61,761 nucleotides of DNA from Clostridiales bacterium. Its GTDB lineage: Bacteria; Bacillota; Clostridia; Lachnospirales; Lachnospiraceae. Below the pieces are notes generated by a model. It saw only the letters and a program-made list of their open reading frames with translations, searched no databases and was not told where the DNA came from. Positions 27,748 to 36,858 of this stretch are shown here, one piece after another; the first letter of the stretch is position 1; each line of letters starts with the position of its first letter. The position numbers and the translations under genes were made by a program. The stretch lies in the NCBI GenBank assembly GCA_020860365.1, contig JAJBUL010000237.1, positions 1-61,761 of the forward strand, given 5' to 3'.

Positions 27748-28647
27748 TTATCTTAGCGTCTTATCATAAGAAAAATGGTAGCCTTTGTATACAAAATCCA
27801 CCATATTCGGGTTTATCTTGGTAAATCCCCCCTTTGGCATATCCGCGCTGTGCGGTCGCTGGCAGTCGTAGATCAGATTTCCATCGGTGTCCCGCTCATC
27901 GACAATCGGCGGATGCGGTGCCGCTGGTGATGGCTGTTCCAATTCTTCTCCCGCCATGGCCTTGCATGCCGCCTCGTAAAAAATATCCAGAGCACCATCC
28001 GCCACTTTGCCGGGACCGCCATAAACCGCGTCAAACGCATCCCGGTGCGCCAGCAGTTTTTCCAGGTCGCTCTTCCATTTGCTCACGGAGCCATTCAGCG
28101 TCTTACCGTGCCCCATTACCTCATCCCCGGTAAACAGCAGTCTGCCCTTTCGGTCCAAAATCGCGATTCCGTCTGCCGTGTGGTCGCCGATGCGGAAAAT
28201 CTCCAGTTCGCGCCCTTTAAGCGGAATAATGTCGCCGTCGCTCACCGCTGTTTTTGGATAATCTGGCTCTGGGAAGACAATCCCTTCAAAGCTCGGATAG
28301 GGAATAGACGCCAATGGCAGAGCTTCCTCACCCATATAAGCCATATCAAAGTAAAAATTATTGGCTGAATGGTCAAAATGGTGATGGGTGTTGATCACCC
28401 ACGGCACCGGCTTGCCACAGAGCTTTTCCAGAAATTCTCTTAAATTCCCGGCGCCGTAACCGGTATCAATCGCCACTCCCGCCTCGTCGCCGACCAGCAG
28501 ATAATGATAATCGCCGGAGCTCATGATCTGCCAGGTGCTTTCGTTAATCTGTGTAACCTCATAATATGGGACATCCATTGGTGTAAGCGTTCCGTCCTTG
28601 TGGCGGATCTGAACGTTATGTTTTGGTGAAAAATCAATCGCTGTCAT
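27748..28647 (-). CDS. MBL-fold metallo-hydrolase
   Basis: ATG 28647 after GGAGGGG; 'IDTG', 'THHHFDH', 'GDHT', 'LFTGD'; the final PGHG motif reads GGPG. Confidence 0.85.
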   Translation of the reverse strand: MTAIDFSPKHNVQIRHKDGTLTPMDVPYYEVTQINESTWQIMSSGDYHYLLVGDEAGVAIDTGYGAGNLREFLEKLCGKPVPWVINTHHHFDHSANNFYFDMAYMGEEALPLASIPYPSFEGIVFPEPDYPKTAVSDGDIIPLKGRELEIFRIGDHTADGIAILDRKGRLLFTGDEVMGHGKTLNGSVSKWKSDLEKLLAHRDAFDAVYGGPGKVADGALDIFYEAACKAMAGEELEQPSPAAPHPPIVDERDTDGNLIYDCQRPHSADMPKGGFTKINPNMVDFVYKGYHFSYDKTLR

Positions 28648-28946
28648 TTGCCCCTCCTGTTGCTTTTTTTGTCTTAAAATGATATAATGCATAGAATATT
28701 AGTGTAATTTTAAGCTATTTTTTATTTTACACGAAATATTTCCATTTTTCTATTGTTATTTTCGCCCGCTTTTTTCTGTCCAACCGTCTGGCAATAAAGC
28801 ATAATGATCTGGAAACATTTCCGTGGAGAAAAAACAGCTTACACCATTTACCATAATTTAGGTAAATCCGGCCAACTGAAGTCTGTCTGCGCTTCGCATG
28901 GCATAACACAGCGGTCGCTAAATCATTTGCAAAAGGATAAACCATC

Positions 28947-29924
28947 ATGCTGGAATGCAGTGCCATCAAACACTTAAATGATTTTATTGTGCTTGCCGAC
29001 ACCGGCAATTATACCCAGGCCTGTGACCGGCTCTATCTCTCGAAGTCTACGCTGACCAAGCACATCCGGGATCTGGAAGCCAGCCTGGAGCACAAGCTGT
29101 TCGTCCAGTCCGGCCATAAGCTTGTACTGACTGAGTTTGGCAAATTCTTCCTGGACTATGCCAGGCGCTTTACCACGCTCGATGATGAGTACGAGCAGGC
29201 CCGAACCTCCTGGGAGGAAGACGTCTCTTCCGAAGTGCGGATCGCAGTCGCCGCGCATATGAACTGCGACCATATGGTAAATATGCTGTGGGATCATTTC
29301 AGTCAGGGACACCCGCAATATCATCTTTCAACGATTGAGTACCAGGCCGCGCTTCTCTCCCGCGAGGACCTGTTCGCCATGGGATATGAGCTGGTATTCG
29401 CCCTCTCGGCTTTACCGACAGACAAAAGCTGCGGCTGCTTTACCTGGGCTGAAAGTGAATTGACTGCTGTGCTCCCGCTTTCACACGCGCTTGCCGCCCC
29501 GGATCAGGGGCGTACCCGCATCCGGCTGCAGGAGCTGGCCGCTGAGCCGTTTGTACTTCCCCCGCGGGAGACCGCGCTGCACCAGATGGTCGTTTCCCTC
29601 TGCCAGCAGGCCAGCTTCACGCCGCGGATTGACTTTACCATCCACGGAAACGCGAATCTGGCGGAACTTGTATCTGGCAATGTCGGTGTCTCCATCTCTA
29701 CAGAAAATGATATCCCGGCAAAGGTTTACGCGAAAAGGGTCGCCCTGATTCCTCTCGACCCGCCCTCGCCCGTTTATCTGAATCTGTACTATCGCAAAGA
29801 CCTGGCGCTCTCCGCGTCGGCAAAGGCGTTTTTGAATTACGCGATGCACATTCACAGGGATCACTCCATGGATATCCCTTACTATGGACCGGAGGCAGGA
29901 ATTGAAAACCCTTTTTTTAAATGA
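28947..29924 (+). CDS. LysR family transcriptional regulator 1
   Basis: N-terminal wHTH 'NYTQACDRLYLSKSTLTKHIRDLEASL...LTEFG' plus substrate-binding domain. Confidence 0.88.
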   Translation: MLECSAIKHLNDFIVLADTGNYTQACDRLYLSKSTLTKHIRDLEASLEHKLFVQSGHKLVLTEFGKFFLDYARRFTTLDDEYEQARTSWEEDVSSEVRIAVAAHMNCDHMVNMLWDHFSQGHPQYHLSTIEYQAALLSREDLFAMGYELVFALSALPTDKSCGCFTWAESELTAVLPLSHALAAPDQGRTRIRLQELAAEPFVLPPRETALHQMVVSLCQQASFTPRIDFTIHGNANLAELVSGNVGVSISTENDIPAKVYAKRVALIPLDPPSPVYLNLYYRKDLALSASAKAFLNYAMHIHRDHSMDIPYYGPEAGIENPFFK

Positions 29925-30795
29925 ATTTCTCATTCTCGCGGAACAGCTGAATTTCTCCAACGCCGCGAAAAAGCTCGGCATCAACCAGTCCGCTCTCTCC
30001 CGGCACATCAAACAGCTGGAAGAAGAGCTTAACGTGCCTCTTTTTACCCGCACCACCCAGAAAATCGAGCTGACCTCTTTCGGAATGGCCTTTCTTCCGC
30101 ACGCAATAGCCATCACAGAACACGAAAAAGAGTTTGAGCGCACTGCGGAAGCACTCCGCCGGGATGCGGATCATCGAATTTCCCTGGGAGTCGTCGGATT
30201 CCCGGCTTACTACGGCATCACCACGCTCTTTGCTGATTTCAAAAAACAATACCCGCAGGCTATCATCGATGTGCTGATGCTCTCAACGGATGAAACGCTC
30301 GGTCAGCTGCAGTCCGGTCTCCTCGACGCCGCCTTTATCCACAACACCGGCACGTTTGAGGACGACTATACCATGATTCCTTACCGGGAGGACTACCTCT
30401 CGGTAAGCCTCCCGCACAGCCATCCGCTGGCAGCGAAGAAGTCCGTACATCTCTCTGAATTAAAGGATGAGGTCTTCTTCATCCGCCACAAAAAAGGATC
30501 TACTCCCTGGCAGCTGGAGGTCAATGAACTGCAAAACGCAGGCTTCACACCAAAGCTGTCGTCCAGCAAAGGCAACTGGGAGGATTCTGTCATCAATCGT
30601 AGTGGAGAGGTCTCTCTGGTAAAGCAGGGACTCGCGGATAAGCTGCGCGGCAATGTCCACATCGCCGTCGTCGATCTCGAGCCGCGCGTTCACACCGATC
30701 TTTATCTGATCTATCCAAAAGAGCGACACCTGAACGCAATGGTAGACGCATTTGTAAAATTCACAGCCGAAAACCGGAAAGGAAACCTCGGCTAA
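29902..30795 (+). CDS. LysR family transcriptional regulator 2
   Basis: TTG 29902 after GGAGG (alternative ATG 29884); 'NFSNAAKKLGINQSALSRHIKQLEEELNVPLFTRTTQKIELT'. Confidence 0.92.
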   Translation: MKTLFLNEFLILAEQLNFSNAAKKLGINQSALSRHIKQLEEELNVPLFTRTTQKIELTSFGMAFLPHAIAITEHEKEFERTAEALRRDADHRISLGVVGFPAYYGITTLFADFKKQYPQAIIDVLMLSTDETLGQLQSGLLDAAFIHNTGTFEDDYTMIPYREDYLSVSLPHSHPLAAKKSVHLSELKDEVFFIRHKKGSTPWQLEVNELQNAGFTPKLSSSKGNWEDSVINRSGEVSLVKQGLADKLRGNVHIAVVDLEPRVHTDLYLIYPKERHLNAMVDAFVKFTAENRKGNLG

Positions 30796-30840
30796 TTCGT
30801 TACAGGTCACACCATGACCAAATTTACCTTATCTCAGCCA

Positions 30841-32016
30841 CTACTCTTTCACGTTTGAGAACAGCCATTCCCGGATTGCTTCTATATTATAGGCGGTCTT
30901 CCAGGTATTGACATGATGCTCCCCACCCCGGCTGCTCCAGCCATTCGCCACGCTCTCAATCTTGTATGGCGTATAAATCACATTCGCACCGGTCGCAATC
31001 AATGTTTTCGCGATCCCGGCCATTTCCTCTTCCGAAGCTCTGGCGTCAATCAGCTTTCGCGCAACCTTCGCGCCCTTTGATTCCATCTCACACGCCATCT
31101 GATTCATCACCGGAAAGGCTTTCGCGTCGCCCATGGAATTGATCATCCAGAGGTTCTGTTTTTCCAGTCCTCCGATCTGCCGCTCATCCCATTGTCCGGC
31201 CACCAGAAAGGAAGCCGCAAACAGATCCGGATAGCGCACGTTCAGCACAATCGAAGACATGCAGCCCATCGATTGTCCCGTCGTATAGAGACGTTTCCGA
31301 TCGACCGGATATGTCTCGCAAACCCAGTCCAGCAAACGTTTTTCCATCTCCAGGCGCGGGTCAACGTTCCAGTCGTCATCCACAATCGGCGGGCCGTCAA
31401 ACTGCGGCGCCAGTACAAAGCATTTGCGCTTCGCCTGCTCTTCCGGTCTGGCCCAGACCAAGGCTCCGACGCCCTGCGCCAGCGTCAGGCGCGAATCCGG
31501 CCCACAGGGTCCAGCATCATGAATAAACTGCACCAGAGGATAGGTGCTCTCCGGCTCCAGGTCTTTGGGGATATAAAGGTTGTACGCCAGCCCTTCAAAT
31601 TCCCCCTGGATGAAATCATCCACAATCAGGTTCTGCACCTGATCATTCTGATCTGCCTGTTTCAGTATATCATTTTCCGCGGCAAACGGCGCCGCGATTT
31701 CACTGCCGTCCGAGGCGTTTATCGACTTACATTGCCGCACGGTCACACTGGCCCTCTCCAGCGTCGTCGGTGTATGCTCCCAGGGATTCCCCTGATGGAA
31801 GGTAGACGCGGACGCATCCTCCGGCGACAGCTCTAACACGACGGTATTTCCCTCCACGGATATCCCCGTGATAGTGCGGTCTGCGACGGAAAACGCTTCC
31901 GCAGGTATATCGGCTGCGATCGACTGATCATATTCCAGCAGCGCCCGGACGCATTTCTGCGCCTCCGGCCCCACCTCAGTCACCGCCGTGATATGTAAAA
32001 TATGTTGGTTATTCAT
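30841..32016 (-). CDS. Alpha/beta-hydrolase esterase with an N-terminal Ig-like domain (Thermotoga EstA / COG4099-like)
   Basis: 'YNLYIP', 'YPLVQFIHDAG', 'FVLAPQF', nucleophile 'TGQSMG', C-terminal 'HHVNTW...IREWLF'. Confidence 0.82.
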   Translation of the reverse strand: MNNQHILHITAVTEVGPEAQKCVRALLEYDQSIAADIPAEAFSVADRTITGISVEGNTVVLELSPEDASASTFHQGNPWEHTPTTLERASVTVRQCKSINASDGSEIAAPFAAENDILKQADQNDQVQNLIVDDFIQGEFEGLAYNLYIPKDLEPESTYPLVQFIHDAGPCGPDSRLTLAQGVGALVWARPEEQAKRKCFVLAPQFDGPPIVDDDWNVDPRLEMEKRLLDWVCETYPVDRKRLYTTGQSMGCMSSIVLNVRYPDLFAASFLVAGQWDERQIGGLEKQNLWMINSMGDAKAFPVMNQMACEMESKGAKVARKLIDARASEEEMAGIAKTLIATGANVIYTPYKIESVANGWSSRGGEHHVNTWKTAYNIEAIREWLFSNVKE

Positions 32017-32032
32017 AATATTCCTCCGTGCC

Positions 32033-32728
32033 TCACCAGATTTCATGCGCCTCTCCGGCGGGGAGTACCGTACAGTTTTCTTCTTCCCGGTATGGCATCC
32101 CCCGCTCGATCAGATAGATCGCCAGAGGCGCGGCTGCACTAAGCAGCACGCCGCCAGAGAGCTTCAGCTCATTCAGTACAGAGTCCGCGCGAAAGAAGCT
32201 GTTGATCGCAATCATCAGGGCGGTAGCCGCCAGGCAGACCGCCGAGATAACCGCTGCTTTTTTCAGATTTCCCGAGGAGCTTCGATGGTCATAAAGCGTC
32301 ATCCGTTTGCGCATAAACACATAATTTATGGTTGCCGCGGCCAACAGCATCAGGCCGATCACAGATGCGAACTCCGGCACCGCCACCAGCAGAGAATAGG
32401 TTCCGGCGAAGCCGTCCATACACATCAGACGAAAATACACCGCACACACTGCCACCGTCAGCAGAATATACATCATGCGGTACCAGACGTACATCGTCGG
32501 CGTCACATCCTGCACCAGCCATGGCTCCGTATAAAAGCGCTCGACCTTATAGCCGCCGTTTGCTTTTTCCGTGCGGATCTCTGTATAGCCGCGAAAATAC
32601 TTGTGATAGTAGGTACTGCGGTGGATATCGTCCCCGGTTGTCTTCTCCAGCTTCTGCTCCAGCTTCCAGTTCGAATTCACACCGTAAATGTCGTTGCCGA
32701 CCTTCTCCGGACCTGTTTTCTTTGCCAT
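32033..32728 (-). CDS. Hypothetical membrane protein (about 4 TM)
   Basis: SD AAGGAGTG; four hydrophobic segments; in the operon after oppF. Confidence 0.75.
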   Translation of the reverse strand: MAKKTGPEKVGNDIYGVNSNWKLEQKLEKTTGDDIHRSTYYHKYFRGYTEIRTEKANGGYKVERFYTEPWLVQDVTPTMYVWYRMMYILLTVAVCAVYFRLMCMDGFAGTYSLLVAVPEFASVIGLMLLAAATINYVFMRKRMTLYDHRSSSGNLKKAAVISAVCLAATALMIAINSFFRADSVLNELKLSGGVLLSAAAPLAIYLIERGMPYREEENCTVLPAGEAHEIW

Positions 32729-32795
32729 GAAACAATCACTCCTTCGTTTATCAGGCGAGCATACTCTATACCCTTGGGCAACATATGGTTCCTTT

Positions 32796-33752
32796 TCAGT
32801 CGTTTATTTCCTTCACCCTGCAGCAGGACACAAAGTGTCTCGGTTCGACCTCTTCAAGCACCTGCGGCTGGCGGCATTTGTCACACGCGTACGGACAGCG
32901 CGCCGCGAAACGGCAGCCCGGCTCCGGATTAATCGCGGAGGTGATCTCACCTTTCAGCTGCACACGCTGCATCGGATGATCCAGATCCGTCGACGGGATT
33001 GCTGACAGCAGCGCCTTCGTATACGGATGCAGCGGACGGCGGAACAGCTCACGGGACGGGCTGGTCTCTACCAGCTGCCCCAGATACATGACGCAGATGT
33101 CGTCCGAAATATGGCGAACAACCGAAAGGTCATGGGTGACAAACATATAAGTCAGCTGCATCTGCTCCTGCAAATCCATCAGCAGGTTCAGCACCTGTGC
33201 CTGAATCGACACATCGAGGGCAGACACCGGCTCGTCGCACATGATAAACTGCGGATTCAGCGCCAGGGCGCGGGCAATGCCGACTCTCTGGCGGCGGCCA
33301 CCGTCCATCTCATGCGGATAAGCAAGGCGAAGACGCTCTTCAATGCCGACCAGATCCATCAGCTCTTCCGTGCGCTGCTGCACCTGTGCTTTGGTATAGC
33401 GATGCGACTCCTGCAGCGGCTCCTTGATGGTTGCTTCCACGCTGGAGCGCGGGTTCAGGGACGAATACGGATCCTGGAATACAATGCTGACCTTCTCACG
33501 CAGCTCGCGGAGCTTTTTGCCCTTCGCATAGGTGATGTCCTCGCCGTCCAGGCGGACCACGCCATCCGTCGCGTCCAGCAGGCGGATAATGGTGCGGCCC
33601 AGCGTACTTTTTCCGCATCCGGACTCACCGACTACGCCCATCGTATGTCCCTTTTCAATGGATAACGTAATATCATCCACGGCGTGGTTCGTACCGGCGC
33701 CAACGCTGAAATATTTTTTTAAATGTTCTACCTCAAGCAGTGCCATGCTCAC
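32796..33752 (-). CDS. oppF: Oligopeptide/dipeptide ABC transporter ATPase (OppF/DppF-like)
   Basis: 'GESGCGKST', 'YPHEMDGGRRQR', 'DEPVSALDVS', C-terminal 'GCRFAARC'. Confidence 0.92.
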   Translation of the reverse strand: MSMALLEVEHLKKYFSVGAGTNHAVDDITLSIEKGHTMGVVGESGCGKSTLGRTIIRLLDATDGVVRLDGEDITYAKGKKLRELREKVSIVFQDPYSSLNPRSSVEATIKEPLQESHRYTKAQVQQRTEELMDLVGIEERLRLAYPHEMDGGRRQRVGIARALALNPQFIMCDEPVSALDVSIQAQVLNLLMDLQEQMQLTYMFVTHDLSVVRHISDDICVMYLGQLVETSPSRELFRRPLHPYTKALLSAIPSTDLDHPMQRVQLKGEITSAINPEPGCRFAARCPYACDKCRQPQVLEEVEPRHFVSCCRVKEIND

Positions 33753-34804
33753 ACGCCTCCTCTCTTGCCTTGTCCGGCATTTACTCTGCCGATGTCGGAT
33801 GCAGGCTGCGTATTCTTCGTCTTCGCGGCTGTCTGTGCCCCTCCCGCTGTAAATTTACAACAGCGGACAAAATGGCCGGGCTCAATTTCCAACATGATCT
33901 GATCCTTCGAACACTCACTCGTACACTCTGGACACCGCGGCCCGAATTTACAGCCGTCCGGCAGGTTCGTCGGATCAGGCGGCAGGCCATGGATCGGCGA
34001 GAGCCGCTTGGAATCGTCGTCCAACTTCGGCAGAGAGCCAAACAGGCCCAACGTATACGGATGCCGCGGGTTGCGGAAAATATGCTCCCGCGTGCCGTAC
34101 TCCACAATCTCGCCCGCATAGATAACCGCGACGTCGTCGCAGGTCTCCGCCACGACGCCCAGGTCGTGCGTGATCAGAATCATGGACGTATTAAATTTCT
34201 CACGAAGCTCGCGCATCATATCCAGCACCTGTGCCTGAATGGTAACATCCAGCGCTGTCGTCGGCTCATCCGCGAGAATCAGCTCCGGATTGCAGGCCAG
34301 CGCCATCGCGATCACGACACGCTGCTTCATGCCGCCGGAGAACTGATGCGGATAATCCATATAGCGGACACTCGCAATTCCCACCAGTTCCAGCATCTCG
34401 ATCGTGCGCTCCTGTGCCTGCTGTTTGGTGTAATTATTATGCTGCAGGACCACCTCACTGATCTGATCGCCGACCGTCATCGTCGGGTTCAGCGCCGTCA
34501 TCGGATCCTGGAAAATCATGGCAATTTTATTGCCGCGCACCTTCATCATTTCCTTTTCCGGCAGCTTCAGCAGATCCTGGCCATCCAGGAAAATCTCACC
34601 CTTCTGAATCTTCGCCGGCGGCGTCGGCAGAATACGCAGGATCGATTTCGCGATTGTCGTCTTGCCTGCTCCCGTCTCGCCCACAAGGCCGAGGGTCTTA
34701 CCCTTTTTTACCGTCAGGTCCACACCATTGACAGCCTGTACGATCTGGCCGCCGGAGGAATACTCGACGACAAGATCTTTGATTTGCAAAAACTCTTCAC
34801 TCAT
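33749..34804 (-). CDS. oppD: Oligopeptide/dipeptide ABC transporter ATPase (OppD/DppD-like)
   Basis: 'GETGAGKTT', 'YPHQFSGGMKQR', 'DEPTTALDVTIQAQ'. Confidence 0.92.
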   Translation of the reverse strand: MSEEFLQIKDLVVEYSSGGQIVQAVNGVDLTVKKGKTLGLVGETGAGKTTIAKSILRILPTPPAKIQKGEIFLDGQDLLKLPEKEMMKVRGNKIAMIFQDPMTALNPTMTVGDQISEVVLQHNNYTKQQAQERTIEMLELVGIASVRYMDYPHQFSGGMKQRVVIAMALACNPELILADEPTTALDVTIQAQVLDMMRELREKFNTSMILITHDLGVVAETCDDVAVIYAGEIVEYGTREHIFRNPRHPYTLGLFGSLPKLDDDSKRLSPIHGLPPDPTNLPDGCKFGPRCPECTSECSKDQIMLEIEPGHFVRCCKFTAGGAQTAAKTKNTQPASDIGRVNAGQGKRGGV

Positions 34805-34820
34805 CTTCTCTTCCCCCTCA

Positions 34821-35714
34821 TCAGTCCTTCAGCCTCGGATCCATCGCGTCGCGCAGACCGTCGCCAAGCAGGTTGATCGCCAGTACCGTAAGCAGGATGA
34901 CAAATCCCGGCCACAGCATCTCATGCGGATATTTTGTCAGATACTCACGCGCGGAAGAACACATCGCGCCCCACTCCGCGGTCGGCGGCTGGATACCCAG
35001 CCCTATGTAGGAAAGGCCTGCCGCTGACATCATCGTGCCGCCGATCTGGCCGGTCGTACCGACGATTGTCGGCGCAATGATATTCGGCATCATATGCTTA
35101 AACATGATTTTCATCTTTGAGCAGTTCATTGCCTTCGCTGCTTCCAGATATTCCATCTCACGCTCTTTTAGCGCCATCGCACGAGTGCCGCGCACAGAAC
35201 CAGGAAGACCGGAAACCGAAAGCGCCAGCACCGTGTAGCCAAACCCGGAGCCCAATGCGGAGGAAATCACGATCGCGAGCAGGGTACCCGGAATCGCCAT
35301 CCACACGTCGCAGATACGCATTGCGATATTGTCCACCTGTCCGCCATAGTACCCGACGATACAGCCGAAAAACACACCGAACACCATGCCGACAATAGCC
35401 ACTGTGAAGCCAAGCATCAGAGACATCCGGCCGCCGTAAAGGATACGGCTGAAAATGTCGCGCCCCAGGTTGTCACAGCCCATAATATGCGCAAAGCTCG
35501 AACCCGCGTTCAGAGCGGAATAATCCATGTAATTCGGGTCATAGGGGGCAATCAGCGGCGCGAATACACACGCCAGGATAATGATCAGAAGAACAATCAG
35601 GCCCAGCATCGCCGTTTTGCTCTTTACCAGCCGCCGCATGATCTGGCGCAGCTGGGTGTCTTTTTTCCGTTTCGGCACGGAAGAAGCCTTCGTAACAGTT
35701 GCCGCGTTCGCCAT
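34821..35714 (-). CDS. oppC: Peptide/nickel ABC transporter permease (OppC/DppC-like)
   Basis: 'GCDNLGRDIFSRILYGGR', 'GLGIQPPTAEWG', 'GDGLRDAMDP'. Confidence 0.92.
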   Translation of the reverse strand: MANAATVTKASSVPKRKKDTQLRQIMRRLVKSKTAMLGLIVLLIIILACVFAPLIAPYDPNYMDYSALNAGSSFAHIMGCDNLGRDIFSRILYGGRMSLMLGFTVAIVGMVFGVFFGCIVGYYGGQVDNIAMRICDVWMAIPGTLLAIVISSALGSGFGYTVLALSVSGLPGSVRGTRAMALKEREMEYLEAAKAMNCSKMKIMFKHMMPNIIAPTIVGTTGQIGGTMMSAAGLSYIGLGIQPPTAEWGAMCSSAREYLTKYPHEMLWPGFVILLTVLAINLLGDGLRDAMDPRLKD

Positions 35715-36697
35715 TATTTCTTCCCGCCTTTCTTCGCACCGCCTTTTTTCGCGGCATAATTTACATACTGCGCCTTGATACGCGGATCAAGATACGCATA
35801 CACCAGGTCTACCAACAGCGTGATCACCGCTGAGAACAGTGCTAGGATCATAACCGAGCCGCGAACCACCGGATAGTCTCTTGAGTTCACGCCGGTCAGC
35901 AGATACTGGCCGATCCCCGGGAAAGAGAATACCGTCTCAATAACCACGGTACCGCCGACCACCATCGACAGCTGCATACCCAGCGAATTCACTACGGGGA
36001 TCAACGCGTTCGGCAGCATATGTTTATAGATAACGGTACGCTCCGGAAGTCCTTTCGCCCGCGCCGTCGTCACAAAATCGGCGCGGATCATTTCCAGTGC
36101 TGCGGAACGCGTCTGCCTTGCGTTCATCGCCATACCGGACAGAGAGTTTGCCAGCACCGGCATAATCCAGTACATCCAGGTCGGATAAGAGCCGCTGATA
36201 CCGAACGGCGGCAGCCAGCCCAGCTGTACCGAAAACAGAACCACCATCAGAAGTCCCAGGAAAAACTGCGGCACCGAGATAAATACCATTGCCAGAACCA
36301 GAACGCCCTGATCCCAGATCGTATTTCTGTGAATCGCCGCGTTTACGCCGAGCGGGATGCCGATGATAATATTCAAGAACATCGAAATCAGGCCCAGACC
36401 CAGCGTACGGGGAAGACGGGTCGCAAATTCCTGAATGACAGGAATGCCATATACATAGGATTCGCCAAAGTCCAGACGACAGGCATTGATCAGGAACTCA
36501 CCGAGCTGTACCATATACGGCCGGTCAAGCCCTAACTGCTCCCGCACACGCGCGATATCCTCATTCGTGGCGCCCGACCCCAGGATGATCTGTGCGGGAT
36601 CACCCGGCACAAACCACATGATCGTAAAAATAATGACGCCCACACAGGCCATAATTACGATCAGCCAGAGAAGTCTTTTTACTATATATCTCCACAT
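35714..36697 (-). CDS. oppB: Peptide/nickel ABC transporter permease (OppB/DppB-like)
   Basis: 'PGDPA', 'TARAKGL', 'IETVFSFPGIG', 'RDYPVV', 'YAYLDPRIK'. Confidence 0.92.
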   Translation of the reverse strand: MWRYIVKRLLWLIVIMACVGVIIFTIMWFVPGDPAQIILGSGATNEDIARVREQLGLDRPYMVQLGEFLINACRLDFGESYVYGIPVIQEFATRLPRTLGLGLISMFLNIIIGIPLGVNAAIHRNTIWDQGVLVLAMVFISVPQFFLGLLMVVLFSVQLGWLPPFGISGSYPTWMYWIMPVLANSLSGMAMNARQTRSAALEMIRADFVTTARAKGLPERTVIYKHMLPNALIPVVNSLGMQLSMVVGGTVVIETVFSFPGIGQYLLTGVNSRDYPVVRGSVMILALFSAVITLLVDLVYAYLDPRIKAQYVNYAAKKGGAKKGGKK

Positions 36698-36793
36698 AGT
36701 TACGCCTTTCTTTTTAAGAGCTTCTTAAAACAGCATCAGGACGAAAACATATCTGTAGTCATCTGTCCTGAATCATTACATTTTTTGTAAAAT

Positions 36794-36829
36794 AGGGCAC
36801 CGCCCCGCAACTGCCGGAGCGGCGCCCTG
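36794..36829 (-). terminator. Hairpin/terminator after the Opp solute-binding gene
   Basis: agggcaccgcccc...ggagcggcgccct followed by ATTTT on the minus strand. Confidence 0.6.
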
Positions 36830-36858
36830 AGGAAAATTATTATGAAAGAAACTGCTGA

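Noticed and set aside
27748-28647. Metallo-beta-lactamase resistance gene
   Set aside because: No signal peptide, the terminal His ligand is missing, and the context is metabolic; only the fold is supported.
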